A stretch of DNA of 64,000 bases from an uncultured Gemmatimonadales bacterium (GCA_963828735.1 CAWHFW010000002.1:128001-192000); one strand, 5' to 3'; shown: positions 1 through 10,843, counted from the first letter of the stretch. Numbers and translations are program-made. Notes: generated by a model not told the origin, from the sequence alone.

Positions 1-143
1 TTGGCCAGCCCGCGGGGCGTGACGAGGAGGCGGCCCGGCTCGTACCGCACCGTCACGTTGCCGTCCTGCCCCGCGATGAGCCCCGCCTGCCACAGTCGGC
101 GGCAGCACAACACGATCTCGCGGGCGGCCTCGGAACGGTGCAT
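1..143 (-). CDS. Class II aldolase/adducin family protein, N-terminal part (runs off the window)
   Basis: Manual translation from ATG at 143: MHRSEAAREIVLCCRRLWQAGLIAGQDGNVTVRYEPGRLLVTPRGLA. The GN-V-x-x-R and LVTP-x-G pattern is typical of fuculose-1-P aldolase-like proteins. Not in the ORF track. Confidence 0.75.
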   Translation of the reverse strand, partial: MHRSEAAREIVLCCRRLWQAGLIAGQDGNVTVRYEPGRLLVTPRGLA

Positions 144-216
144 CGGATGCTCTGATCGGAAGGAAAGGTCACGAATGGGAGATGGTACCGCCTCCCACAC
201 GCCTGGCTCGGTCGCG

Positions 217-1506
217 CTAACCCGGGCGCCGGAACACCACCTGCCCCCGCACGATCGTGACGTCGGCGCGGCCACGCAAACGCCGGCCGCCGAAGGGCGT
301 GTTGCGACTCTTCGAGTAGAACTCGTCGGGCGTCACCGTCCATTGCGCGGTCGGGTCGAGCACGACCACGTCGGCGGCCGCGCCGGGAGCGAGGGTGCCG
401 CCCGGCAGGTTGAAGATGCGCGCCGGCCTCGTGCTCATTCGGAGGACGAGCGTCGGCCAGGTCCAGCAACCCGCCATCCACTAGCTCGGTGATCGCGAGC
501 CCGAAGCGCGGTCTCCAGTCCGATGATGCCGTTGGGCGCGTCGTCGAACTCCCGCTCCTTCGCGTCGTAGTGGTGCGGCGCGTGGTCGGTGCAGATCACG
601 TCGATGGTGCCGTCGCGCAGGGCCTGCCGGATCGCCTCGCGATCCTCTGGCTCCTCGGAGCGGCGGATTCATCTTCGCGTTGGTGTTGTATCCCTCGCAC
701 GCCTCGTGGGTGAGCGTGAAGTGGTGCGGGCACGCCTCGGCGGTCACCCGCAGCCCCTTGTCCTTCGCCCGCCGGATGAGCTCCACCGAGCCGCGCGTGG
801 ACATGTGGCACAGGTGGACGTGGCCTCCGGTGAGCTCGGCGAGGAGGATGTCGCGGGCGACCATGATCTCCTCCGCGGCCGCGGGCACCCCCTTGAGGCC
901 GAGGCGCGTGGAGACGAGACCCTCGTGCATCGCGCCGCCGGCGGCGAGGGTCGGATCCTCGCAATGATCCGCCACCGGGATGCCGAACGTCCGCGCGTAC
1001 TCGAGCGCGGTGCGCATCAGGTGACTCGACACCACCGGCTTGCCGTCGTCGCTCACCGCTACCGCGCCCGCGCCCACCAGCTCGCCGAACTCGGCCAGCT
1101 GCTGCCCATTCTGCCCGAGCGAGATCGCGCCGATCGGGTAGACCCGCGCCTTCCCCGCCCGTTGGGCCTGGCTCACGATGAAGCCGACGGCCGCCTGGTT
1201 GTCGGTGACCGGATCCGTGTTGGGCATGGCGCACACCGCGGAGAAGCCGCCGGCCGCCGCCGCCATCGCGCCCGTCGCGACGGTTTCCACATCCTCCTGA
1301 CCCGGCTCGCGCAGGTGCACGTGCAGATCGATCAGTCCCGGCGCGACGACCCGCCCCGCCGCCTCCAGCACCTCGGCGCCGTCCGGACCGCCCAGGTTCT
1401 GGCCCATCGCCTCGACCTTGCCGCCCTGCAGCAGCAGGTCGGCGGTCTGGTCGATGTTGCGGGAGGGATCGAGGACCCGTCCGCCGCGGATCAGGATCGG
1501 CCGCAT
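217..1506 (-). CDS. pyrC: Dihydroorotase (multifunctional-complex type), with apparent frameshifts near 655, 504 and 457
   Basis: [14 protein letters not shown] start, [31 protein letters not shown] and SKSRNTPF are recovered in the shifted frames. Confidence 0.93.
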
Positions 1507-1508
1507 CG

Positions 1509-2463
1509 TCAATCTCCGGGCTGATGCGCCCAGTCGGGCGAACCGCCGGCCAGCAGATAGAGGACGGCCATGCGCACCGCCACGCCGTTCGTCACCTGCG
1601 GGAGGATCACGCTGTGCGGTCCGTCGGCCACGTCGCTGTCGATCTCGACGCCGCGGTTCATGGGGCCCGGGTGCAGGATGAGGAGGTCCTTGGGCGCCCG
1701 GGCCAGTCGCTCGCTGGTCACGCCGAAGACCCGGTTGTACTCGCGCAGCGACGGCAGGAACGCCCGCCTGCATGCGCTCGAGCTGGAGGCGCAGGATGTT
1801 GAGCGCGTCGGCCCACTGGATCGCGTCCTCGATCCGCGGCAGGATCGTGACGCCGAGCTCCTGGACGTTGCGCGGGAGCAGCGTCGCCGGTCCGCACACG
1901 CCGACCTCCGCACCCAGCTTGGTGAGCCCCCAGATGTTGCTTCGGGCCACGCGGCTGTGGAGGATGTCGCCACAGATCGCGACCTTGAGCCCCTCGATGC
2001 GCCCGAAGCGGTCGCGCAGGGTGAGGATGTCGAGGAGTCCCTGTGTCGGGTGCTCGTGCTTGCCGTCGCCGGCGTTGATCACGTTGCTGCGGATCCGCTG
2101 TCCCAGGAACTGGGCCGCACCCGACGCGCCATGGCGGATCACGACCATGTCGATCCGCATCGCCTCGAGATTGCGCGCCGTGTCCACCAGGGTCTCGCCC
2201 TTGGAGACCGACGAGCCTGCCGTCGCCACGTTGACGGTGTCGGCGCTCAGTCGCTTCTCGGCGAACTCGAAGGAGATGCGCGTCCGGGTGGACGCTTCGA
2301 AGAACAGATTGACGATCGTCTTGCCGCGGAGCGCCGGGACCTTCTTGATCGGCCGCTCGCTCACTTCCTTGAACGGTTCCGCGGTGTCGAGGATCAGGCG
2401 GAGCTGGTCGGCGCTCAGCGACTCGAGGCCCACCAGGTCCTTGCCCAGGGAGAGCGCGCTCAC
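1509..2463 (-). CDS. pyrB: Aspartate carbamoyltransferase catalytic subunit, apparent frameshift near 1761
   Basis: [29 protein letters not shown], and [11 protein letters not shown] in the second frame (ORF 1509..1973). GTG start overlaps the pyrR stop. Confidence 0.95.
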
Positions 2464-2999
2464 GTCAGCCTCCGCACCAGCTCGACGGCATCGCGCCCGT
2501 CGAGCTCCGACACGAGCACGTCCACCCGGTCGCCCGGGCCGGTGCTCACGGTGGTGCCGACGATGTCGGCCTGGATCGGGAGCTCCCGACCACCGCGGTC
2601 GATGAGCACGCAGAGCAGGATGCGACGCGGCCGCCCGAAGTCGGCGCATTCGTCGAGCGCGGCGCGAACGGTGCGGCCGGTGTAGAGGACGTCGTCGACG
2701 ATCACGACGGTGCGGCCGTCGAGGTTGGGGAGGCTGGTCTCGCCGACCACGGGCCTGGCGCCTACGGTCTGCAGGTCGTCGCGGTAGAGAGTGATGTCCA
2801 GCTTGCCGCCCGCGATGGTGGACCCTTCGGCCTGGTCGATGAGCCGCTTGAGTCGCGCGGCCAGCTCGACGCCGCGACGCTGAATTCCTACCAGCACCAG
2901 GGCGTCGGTTCCTCCGCCGCGCTCGACGATTTCAGTGGCCATCCGCACCAGGGTGCGGCCGAGCGCGCGGTCATCGAGGAGGAGGGTCCGGGAGGCCAT
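2460..2999 (-). CDS. pyrR: Bifunctional pyrimidine regulatory protein / uracil phosphoribosyltransferase
   Basis: [34 protein letters not shown]; lies upstream of pyrB-pyrC. Confidence 0.95.
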   Translation of the reverse strand: MASRTLLLDDRALGRTLVRMATEIVERGGGTDALVLVGIQRRGVELAARLKRLIDQAEGSTIAGGKLDITLYRDDLQTVGARPVVGETSLPNLDGRTVVIVDDVLYTGRTVRAALDECADFGRPRRILLCVLIDRGGRELPIQADIVGTTVSTGPGDRVDVLVSELDGRDAVELVRRLT

Positions 3000-3021
3000 C
3001 GGGGCGGGAAGCTAGTGGTCG

Positions 3022-3166
3022 GCCTCCGGGGGCGCAACTCGGGGCCGGAGGCACGGTTCGAGTGTCGCGGACACGAAAACGCCGGTGGCCCCAGGCATCG
3101 TTGGCGCCTTCTTCTGTCGCGCAGCCTAACCGTGCCATAACCCCGGGATAAACACTGACAGGGGGA
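3022..3166 (-). ncRNA. Candidate structured RNA / leader upstream of pyrR
   Basis: Long imperfect inverted repeat (GGCACGGTT 3050-3058 / AACCGTGCC 3128-3136, extendable outward and inward), plus a competing hairpin GCCTCCGG 3022-3029 / CCGGAGGC 3045-3052. Confidence 0.35.
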
Positions 3167-3202
3167 AGGGATCCGCGGCCCCTCTGGCAAGGGTGGGTGA
3201 AG

Positions 3203-3238
3203 GCTCGCCGGGCTGCGGGCCGCAAGAGCCCGGCGAGC
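3203..3238. terminator. GC-rich hairpin (possible terminator or REP-like element)
   Basis: Perfect 12-bp inverted repeat GCTCGCCGGGCT / AGCCCGGCGAGC; no U-tract. Confidence 0.35.
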
Positions 3239-3333
3239 TCTAGGGTCATGCTGTCGGCTCTCGACTGACTCGCAACCTGCCCGCATCATCAATGTCACAC
3301 GGTGTTAGATGCTTGGCTCACTTCGGAGGGGTT

Positions 3334-3516
3334 ATGCATTCGATGTGGAACTCATGGGGCCCGATGGGCGGGTTGTTCTTGGTTTACGGGCTGCTGTGGA
3401 TCGCCGTGGTCGCGGTGGTGCTCATTTCCTTGTGGAGGGGGATGCAGGCGCAGGAACGGATAGCGCGTCATCTCGAAGGCATCGAGCGGGCGCTGAGTCA
3501 GCGGCCACTCTCCTAG
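3334..3516 (+). CDS. Small single-pass membrane protein (60 aa)
   Basis: GGAGGGG RBS just upstream of ATG 3334. Hydrophobic segment LFLVYGLLWIAVVAVVLISLW followed by an amphipathic helix QERIARHLEGIERAL. Confidence 0.7.
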   Translation: MHSMWNSWGPMGGLFLVYGLLWIAVVAVVLISLWRGMQAQERIARHLEGIERALSQRPLS

Positions 3517-3656
3517 CGCACAGAAGCGTTCTGGCCCAGGGGTTCGCTGCCTGCGCCAGCAGCCTGGGTCACCGAAGCCATATCCCCGACCATAACCCAC
3601 CACGTTCGGGGGGCCATGCCGGGGTTAGGGCGGCTCACGCAGGTTGTTGATTCATG

Positions 3657-3743
3657 CGGACAGGGCGGGATTCGAACCCGCGATACCCTTGCAGGTATGC
3701 CACCTTTCCAGGGTGGTGCCTTCAACCGCTCGGCCACCTGTCC
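3657..3743 (-). tRNA. tRNA-Ser (GGA)
   Basis: GGACAGG/CCTGTCC acceptor stem, anticodon arm CCACC-CTGGAAA-GGTGG, long variable arm, GGTTCGAATCC T-loop; CCA not encoded. Confidence 0.97.
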
Positions 3744-3762
3744 CGAGGTGATGCGAGGGCGC

Positions 3763-3791
3763 AACCTAGCGAAGCTGTCTGGGAGCGTCAA
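3763..3791 (-). promoter_or_regulatory. Putative sigma70 promoter of tRNA-Ser(GGA)
   Basis: TTGACG-N17-TAGGTT on the minus strand, about 20 nt upstream of the tRNA. Confidence 0.6.
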
Positions 3792-3808
3792 CGCGTCGAC
3801 GCTCGGCG

Positions 3809-3846
3809 AGGGAAGAGGGCATGCCGTCCGGCATGCCCTCCTCCCT
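3809..3846 (-). terminator. Hairpin downstream of the VWA gene
   Basis: AGGGAAGAGGGCATGCC-gtcc-GGCATGCCCTCCTCCCT, 17 nt after the stop at 3864. Confidence 0.55.
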
Positions 3847-3863
3847 GGGCCGGTACCGACGAC

Positions 3864-5793
3864 TTACTCGACCACCCTCCCGGCCACGGGCGTTGCGCCC
3901 GTCAGGGTCCGCGCCGTCTCGACCAGGCCGATGAACTCGCCGCGATAGCCCTGCTCGTCGGCGCCCCGGGCGCCGCGGGCGAGACTCAACGTCTGCTCCC
4001 AGCTCGCCTGCCCCTTGTTCTCCGAATCGCGCAACAGCATCGCGAATTCCGCCACCGCCGAGGCGAACCGCATGTCCTCCGTCGCGGCGCCGGTTTGGTC
4101 GGCCACTGGCGTCTCCAGCAGCCTGCTGGTGGAACCCTTCGGGTCCTTGTACCGGAGCCGGACGGTCAGCAGCTCCGAGCTGTGCTTCGCTCCCGGCCGG
4201 AGAGAGGTCTCCTGATACGTAAGGCTGTCCTCCGACAGCGTGACCGACTGCGCCCCCACGGGCACCACCTCGTACAGGGCCGTGACCGAGTGGCCTGAAC
4301 CCAGCTCGCCGGCGTCCTTCCGGTCGTCCTTGAAGTCCTCCTTCTGGAGCAGCCGGTTCTCGTAGCCGAGCAGCCGGTACGACTGCACGCGGGCCGGGTT
4401 GAACTCCACCTGGATCTTCACGTCCTTCGCGACCGTAAACAGCGTCCCGCCGAACTCCTGCACGAACACCTTCTGCGCCTCGCGGAAGCTGTCGATGTAG
4501 GCATAGTGGCCATTACCTTTGTCGGCCATCTGTTCCATCTTCGAGTCCTTGAGGTTGCCCGGTGCCGAAGCCGAGCACGGTCAGGAATGTGCCCTCCTCG
4601 CGGCGCTGCTCGATCAGACGCACCATCTCCGCATCGCTGCTCACGCCGATGTTGAAGTCACCGTCCGTCGCCAGGATGACCCGGTTGTTGCCCTCCGAGT
4701 TGAAGTGCTCCTTGGCGACGTCGTAAGCGAGCCGGATCCCCGCCCCGCCAGCGGTCGAGCCGCCCGCCTGCAGCCGATCGATCGCCTGCAGGATCGCGGT
4801 CTTGTCATCGCCCCCCGTGGGCGGCAGCACGAGGCCCGCCGCGCCCGCGTAGACCACGATGGCGACCCGGTCCTCTGGTCGAAGCTCTCGGACCAGCGCG
4901 CGAAAGGCTTGCTGGACCAGCGGCAGCTTGTCCGGCATGTCCATCGAGCCCGACACGTCGATCAGAAATACGAGGTTGCTGGGCGGCAGGTCTCGGGTCG
5001 GGATGCGACGCGCCTGGAGCCCGATCCGGACCAGTCGGTGATCCGGTGCCCAGGGGCACGACGCCACCTCCGTTGACACGGCGAACGGGTGCGATCCGCT
5101 GCGGTCCGGATACCGATACGGGAAATAGTTCACCAGCTCTTCGAGCCTGACCGCGTCCACCGGTGGCAGCGCGCCCTGGCTCAGGAACCGGCGCACGTTG
5201 CTGTATGAGGCCGCATCCACATCGATCGAAAAGGTCGACAAGGGGTTCGATGATGCGCCCAGGAACCGGTTCTCGTTCACGACATTGTACGCCTCGGTGT
5301 TGAACTCTCCGGATGGGGATGCCCCGGCGATCATGGCGGCGTTGCCGACGAAGCCGAGCGCGTCCTTACGCATCGCCCGCTCGGCGCTCTTCATCGCGGG
5401 AACGGGAGAGGCCTGCGGCCGCTCTTCGTCCTTGGCCTCGACGAGTTGCTTCGCATCGTGGGCGCTCGCCAGGGTGAAGTTGAGGGTCAGCGTTGCCCCC
5501 GCCCGCACCGTTCCGCCGCCCTCGGCGAACGCGTAGCCGGTCCGCGCGGCTCGCACGGTGACTGTGCCTGCCGGGACCGCGGGCAGGAGAAAGGCGCCGG
5601 AGGTATCGGTGATCGCCGAAAGCGCCGTTCCGACAACAAACACCTGGGCGTGCGCGATCGGCGCCCCTTGCCCATCTCGCACGTGGCCGGCGATGCGTCC
5701 GGTTGCCGGGCCGGTTCGGACCGGGGCCGCGGCGGTGGTCGCCAGCGTGACGAAGAGAACGGCAACGAGCCACGGCATGCGTGCGGCGTGCAT
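3864..5793 (-). CDS. Secreted YfbK-like von Willebrand factor A domain protein (carboxypeptidase-regulatory-like N-terminus, DUF3520-like C-terminus), apparent frameshift near 4558
   Basis: Signal peptide after a GGAGG RBS; STFSIDVDAASY, MIDAS motif DVSGSM, ILATDGDFNIG; continues in ORF 3864..4538 (AKDVKIQVEFNP, GYENR). Confidence 0.88.
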
Positions 5794-5894
5794 CGGGACC
5801 TCCAGCGACAGGGTGATGGCTTTGGACGGCGCTGCCCATGACCGACTGGGCGCTGGCGGGAGATGCATGAAGCGCCCGGCTTGCACACGGGCGG

Positions 5895-6020
5895 GTGAGC
5901 GGGGCCCGGATTCTCACGACGCTCGCGCACGCGCTGCGGCGCACCGGCGGCCGGTACGGCCTGGCTACCATGTGCATCGGCGTGGGACCGGGGATTGCGA
6001 TGGTGATTGAACGGCAGTAG
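5895..6020 (+). pseudogene. Thiolase (acetyl-CoA C-acyltransferase, PcaF/PaaJ-like) C-terminal fragment
   Basis: Manual translation [41 protein letters not shown]. This matches the thiolase C-terminal active-site signature. In-frame stop at 5868-5870; the rest of the gene is absent. Confidence 0.8.
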
Positions 6021-6041
6021 TCGGCCATACGAGGCCGGCGT

Positions 6042-8639
6042 TTATTTCCTTCGCTCGAGCTCCTCTCGCGCCCTCCCGATCTGCGCCAGCACCCCTTCCC
6101 TTTCCGAATCCGTGTTCCAGTCCTTGCTGGCCTTGGCGAACGCCTCGACCCGATCGATCCAACGCAGGAAATAGTCCGCGTCTTCCGCCGACCGCACGGG
6201 CGCCCCACCGACCGTGACGTAGACCGGACTCGTCGTTCCATAGGGATAGAGGTCGAGCACGGGATAGATGGCCCGGTCAGTCCGGGCGCGCAGCAGGAAC
6301 CAGCCGCTCCCGCGGACGACCAGTCGTACCGTGGTGTCGGCGCGCGTGCGGTCGCCGCGAAGTGGAATCTCCGCGACGATCTGCCCCTGGCCCACGATCT
6401 CGAGGTGATCGACGGCCACGTTCGAGCGAAGCGAGACGTGGGCACGCACCTCGTGCTCGCCCGGGCCGAGACGAAGCTCCTGGCCAGGGCCGCGCCCGTC
6501 GACCGTCAGCTCGAGAAGCGGGCCGTTCGTCGCGAACGTGCGTCCCGCGCGAAGGGAGTCGAGCATGATGCGTTGGTCGACCGCGCCTCCCGTCTGCACG
6601 TACACCCGGTTCATCCCCACGGGTCCCCGGAGCGAGGCGAAGTTCGTCATCGCGTCGGTGCCCGCGCCGGCGGGGAGCCGGAATCCGCAGTTGAGCGCGC
6701 GATACCACACGTGCGCCGTGGCCATCGGGTCGTCCACGAAGCCGAGCGCCTCGTAGTAGTCGATCTTGCCGAGCGCGAGATCCACCGGGAACTCGGCGCT
6801 CAGCGGGTGCGTGGTGTCCGCCGGGTCGGGATCGCTGTCGAAGGGGTGGACGTAGCCGATAACCCCGCCCTGCGCCCGCGCCAGGTCGGCCACGTCCGCG
6901 TTGGTCGGCGCCAGACTCGCCGCCGGCGTCCCCTGATAGCCCGCGTACCCCGGCAGCAACAGGTGATCCCGCAGGCCCAGCAATCCGATGTGGCCCCACA
7001 CGCTGGTGTGATACTCCTGGTCGTGCATGATCACGGTGCTCGCGGTCGAGACCGGGTCGCGACCCACATGGTACGCGACGTCCGGGATCCGGCCCTCCTT
7101 GTTCACGATGAGGTTCTCGACCAGGGCGAGGCCCTCCGCGCGCGCCTGAAACACGAGGCGACGGGGCGTGGCGCGGTAGGCGCCCCCGTAGTTCATGTGC
7201 ACATGGAGATCGGCGCTGCGCCACCCGCGGGCCTCGAGGTCGCTCAAGGGTCGGAGCGCGACCTCGAGCGCCGAGGTGCGGCCCTTCCGGATCTCGATCG
7301 TCCGGCGTTCCGCTCGGAAGGCGGGGCCGCGCGTCACTTCGATGTCGTACCGGCCCGTGGGCAGCGTGAGCGTGGCGGCGCCCGATGTGTGGAAATAGCC
7401 GTACTCGAAACGGCGCTCGCCGCGATCGAAGCCGTCATCCGCGTGCCGCCAGGCGTCGTCGGGAGCGAAGCTCCTGCCGTCCGGCCCCGTCACCGAAACT
7501 CGGGCGGGCGACGTGACCGCCAGCCGAAGCGTGCCGACTGGATGCCGGTAGATTCTGCGCTCGGCGCGGAGCGACGTGCGGCGTCCGCCTGGCACCTCGA
7601 CGATCCAGAGCGACGTGTTGCCGCTCTCATTCGACACGTAGGCGATCCGCCGGCCGTCGGGGGACCAGCGCGGCGCCGTCGCGTCCCAGTCGCCGTAGGT
7701 GAGCTGAAGCGGGTTCGCGCCGTCGGCGGTCATCAGCCAGAGCTGATTCCACTGCCGGCCGAGATAGGAGCTGTAGACGACCCTCCGTCCGTCGCGGCTC
7801 CAATCCGGCCGGCCCTTCCAAGTGGTTTCCTCGTCGCGAATCTCGCGCGCAGTCCCTCCGGGCCGCGCGGGCAACCTCCAGAAGCTCCCTGCCCCCCAGA
7901 TGTGGCCGCGATTCGAGACGGCGATCACCTCGGTTCCGTCCGGCGACCAGGTCGGCGAGATCCAGTGGTCCACCGTGTTGTAGTAGTACCGCGGAAGCCC
8001 GCTCTCCTTGTCCTCGGTGATCCGCTCGATCCGCTCGGCTCGGCCATCGGCGGTGACGGCGGCCGTGAACACGTGCCACCGGCCCTGGTAAAGGCTCGAA
8101 GTGAACGCGATGCGGTTGCCGTCGGGTGACCACCGCGGCTCGAGGTTCACGGCGCCGTTGGCGATGAGCTGGGTGGACTCGCCGCTCGATGGATCGAGCA
8201 GGCGAAGCTCGATCGCATCATCGCGGTAGGAGGCGTAAACGATCCGGCGGCCGTCGGGTGACCAGTCGGGCTGGTAGTCGTAGCCCGGACCGTCGGTGAG
8301 CTGGCGTGCCTCGGTGCTTCCGACGTGCTGGCGCCAGAGGCAGCCCTGCATCGAGTAGACCACCTCGGTCCCATCGGGCGACCAGGCCACCGCGCTGGGT
8401 CCGCTGGTGACCTGGGGGATGAACATCTCTCGGTAGTAGTAGGGGTGGCGGACCTTGACCTGTTGCAGGACAGGCGCGCGCTGCGCCGAGGCGGGAGTGC
8501 TGATAAGCGAAGCGAGGGCGAGGAGGGCGGCCATCATCCGAAGCGGCGCGAAGGCTCTCCGTCGCCCGACTATCCGCCCGCAGGGTCCGCCGAACTGCCC
8601 GGGAGAGTTGACAGCCCTCGCTGGTCCTTCCGTTCTCAC
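6042..8639 (-). CDS. Secreted protein: TolB/PD40 beta-propeller fused to a CehA/McbA-like (PHP-fold) metallohydrolase
   Basis: Signal-like segment, repeated WSPDG motifs, DLHVHMNYGG, HPF and GTDAM motifs. GTG start overlaps the permease stop (alternative start 8537). Confidence 0.8.
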   Translation of the reverse strand: MRTEGPARAVNSPGQFGGPCGRIVGRRRAFAPLRMMAALLALASLISTPASAQRAPVLQQVKVRHPYYYREMFIPQVTSGPSAVAWSPDGTEVVYSMQGCLWRQHVGSTEARQLTDGPGYDYQPDWSPDGRRIVYASYRDDAIELRLLDPSSGESTQLIANGAVNLEPRWSPDGNRIAFTSSLYQGRWHVFTAAVTADGRAERIERITEDKESGLPRYYYNTVDHWISPTWSPDGTEVIAVSNRGHIWGAGSFWRLPARPGGTAREIRDEETTWKGRPDWSRDGRRVVYSSYLGRQWNQLWLMTADGANPLQLTYGDWDATAPRWSPDGRRIAYVSNESGNTSLWIVEVPGGRRTSLRAERRIYRHPVGTLRLAVTSPARVSVTGPDGRSFAPDDAWRHADDGFDRGERRFEYGYFHTSGAATLTLPTGRYDIEVTRGPAFRAERRTIEIRKGRTSALEVALRPLSDLEARGWRSADLHVHMNYGGAYRATPRRLVFQARAEGLALVENLIVNKEGRIPDVAYHVGRDPVSTASTVIMHDQEYHTSVWGHIGLLGLRDHLLLPGYAGYQGTPAASLAPTNADVADLARAQGGVIGYVHPFDSDPDPADTTHPLSAEFPVDLALGKIDYYEALGFVDDPMATAHVWYRALNCGFRLPAGAGTDAMTNFASLRGPVGMNRVYVQTGGAVDQRIMLDSLRAGRTFATNGPLLELTVDGRGPGQELRLGPGEHEVRAHVSLRSNVAVDHLEIVGQGQIVAEIPLRGDRTRADTTVRLVVRGSGWFLLRARTDRAIYPVLDLYPYGTTSPVYVTVGGAPVRSAEDADYFLRWIDRVEAFAKASKDWNTDSEREGVLAQIGRAREELERRK

Positions 8640-10071
8640 GCCACAACCCGGCCTGCCCGCCGTCCTTTCCAGTAGATGAGCCCGCCGAGCGCCACACAGA
8701 ACGCCGCGCCGCCCACGACCTTGAGCAGGAACAGGCCGGCCTCGTCATGCTCAGGCGGAATCATCGCCATTCCCATCGCGAACAACGTGAAGACGAACCC
8801 AGCCAGTCCGATCATGAGCGCCGCGGGCCGGCCGGCCAGGAAGGACGACCCTGCCGGCGCGCGCTCCTTCAGGCGCACGACCAGGAAGCAGACATAGAGG
8901 TAGAGGTAGGGGATGAAATAGACGAGCAGCATCGTATCCAGAATCACGAGATACGCGCGCTCCACCGTCGTCCCCTTCCCGAGGACGGAGAGGAGGAGGA
9001 ACACCGTCGCGAGCACGGCCTGGGTAAGGATGGCGACGTACGGCGTTTCCCACTTGGGATGGATCTTTCCGAAGGCCGGCGGGAAGTAGCGGTCGAGCCC
9101 GATCACGAACGCCACGCGCGCCGGGCCCGTAAGCCACGCGCCGACGCCTCCGACGTTACCCACCACGTACAGCGCCGCCATCGCCGCCGGGATCCAGGCG
9201 GCGCCGAAGCCGATGTCCTGCGCTCCGGCGTGCAGCGCCTGCAGGAACCCCGAGACGATGTTCACCTGGCCGGGCGGCACCAGCCACAGCACCGACGCCG
9301 TGCCCGCGATATAGATGAAGGCGATGAGCGGGCCGGAGACCAGGATCGATCGGGAAGCGTGCGCCCGGGATCCTTCACCTCGCCCCCCATCACCGCGCAC
9401 AGCTCGAGGCCGGCGAACGCGAATGCGATCGACGCCCACAGGTTGAGCTTGGTGCGGCTGGCGAGGTCGGGCAGCAGCGCGGCGGCGTCCATCGGCGTGG
9501 CCGACGGCCGGGTGAGCGCGGCATAGAGTCCGAGCCCCACGAGGACGATGCCCGGGATGTAGGTGCCCAGCGCGCCCACATTCTGCAGCCAGCGGCCGGT
9601 ACGAACGCCCACGATGTTGAGCAGGACCGCAAGCCAGAGCGCCACGAGCGTCGCGGGCAGGACGTAGAGCCAGCTCCCCTCGAGGGTCGTGCCACCGCGG
9701 CCGATCACGTACGTGCCCACCACCGCGGTGGACATGAGGAGATTCGGGTAGTACAGAATGTTGTTGACCCAGTAGCACCATCCGCACAGGAAACCATGAC
9801 CTTCGCCGAAGGAGCGCTTGGTCCAGGCGTAGATCCCTCCCTCGTCGGGATAGCGGGCCGCCAGATCGCTCACGGCGAGTCCCTGCGGCACGAAGAAGAA
9901 GATCGCCGCCAGCACCCACAGCGTGATCGAGCTCGGGCCGGCGGCCGCCGCCGTCGCGAACCATCGTAGGCTGACCACGGCGACGACGTTGAAGAGCACC
10001 ATGTCACGCAGGCCGAGCGCGCGCGGAAGCGTGGGATGATCGGTGGCGGGTGCGGCGGCCGTGGCGGTCAT
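8636..10071 (-). CDS. APC-family amino acid/polyamine permease, apparent frameshift near 9352
   Basis: LPRALGLRDMVLF, YPDEGGIYAW, FAFAGLE, multiple TM helices split across ORFs 9262..10212 and 8636..9964. Confidence 0.9.
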
Positions 10072-10078
10072 GGAGGGG

Positions 10079-10843
10079 TCAGCCCTTGAGGTAGAGACGA
10101 TGCGGGTCGAGCACATCCCGCAGAAGGCGGAGCTCCCGCTCGGTGGGCGGGTCGACGGACGCGAGACTGGCCTGGGCGCGGAGGGACCACCCCACCCCGG
10201 CGCGCACGTCATCCGCCTGGACTCCCGGATACAGGGCCGTCAGCACCAGCTCGCCCGTCGTGGCGTCGGCCTCGAGAATGCCCTTGTCCGTCACGACCTT
10301 CACCGGGCCCGCGCCCGGCATGCCGAGCTCGCGGCGCGTGTGTCCGTGCGCACGGTGCCCGGGGCTGGTGATGAAGTCGACGGTTTCGGGAAAGGCGCGG
10401 GGACTCAGGCGGCTGATGACGACGGTGCGGCGGGCGTGAATGGCGATCTCCGCGGCCCCCCCGCTGCCGGGAAGTCGGACGTCCGGATGCCGATACGATC
10501 CCACGACGGTCGTGTTGATGTTGCCGTAGCGGTCGATTTGCGCCCCCCCGAGGAACCCCACCTCAATGCGCCCGTTCTGCAGCAGCGACTGGAAGACGTC
10601 GACCATGCCGCACACCATGAGCGAGCCCGTGACGAGGGACGGGTCACCGATGCTCACCGGCAACCGTTCGGGCGCCGCTCCGATCGCGCCGGACTCGTAG
10701 ATCAGCACGAGGTTCGGAGCATGGGTCGCGCGGGCGAGGTTGCAGGCGAGGTTCGGGAGGCCGATGCCGACGAAGACGACCTCGCTATCGCGCAGCTCGC
10801 GCGCCGCGACGGCGGCCATCAGCTCGGACGGCGTGTAACTCAT
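10079..10843 (-). CDS. CoA-transferase beta subunit (glutaconate/3-oxoadipate CoA-transferase-like, family I)
   Basis: VFVGIGLP, LIYESG (catalytic Glu), GGAQIDRYGNIN, RLPGSGGA. Confidence 0.9.
   Translation of the reverse strand: MSYTPSELMAAVAARELRDSEVVFVGIGLPNLACNLARATHAPNLVLIYESGAIGAAPERLPVSIGDPSLVTGSLMVCGMVDVFQSLLQNGRIEVGFLGGAQIDRYGNINTTVVGSYRHPDVRLPGSGGAAEIAIHARRTVVISRLSPRAFPETVDFITSPGHRAHGHTRRELGMPGAGPVKVVTDKGILEADATTGELVLTALYPGVQADDVRAGVGWSLRAQASLASVDPPTERELRLLRDVLDPHRLYLKG

Noticed and set aside
481..2649. Apparent 722-aa PyrB-PyrC fusion ORF
   Set aside because: Produced by a +1 indel near 1761. The true PyrB C-terminus is in another frame and ends at 1509, and PyrC has its own ATG at 1506.
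3156..3174. Possible degenerate copy of a tRNA-Ser 3' end (minus strand GGATCCCTTCCCCCTGTCA)
   Set aside because: Too short and gapped to distinguish from chance.
3000..3290. Canonical PyrR-binding attenuator or SRP RNA
   Set aside because: No PyrR loop consensus, no U-tract terminator and no SRP helix-8 GNRA motif found by eye.
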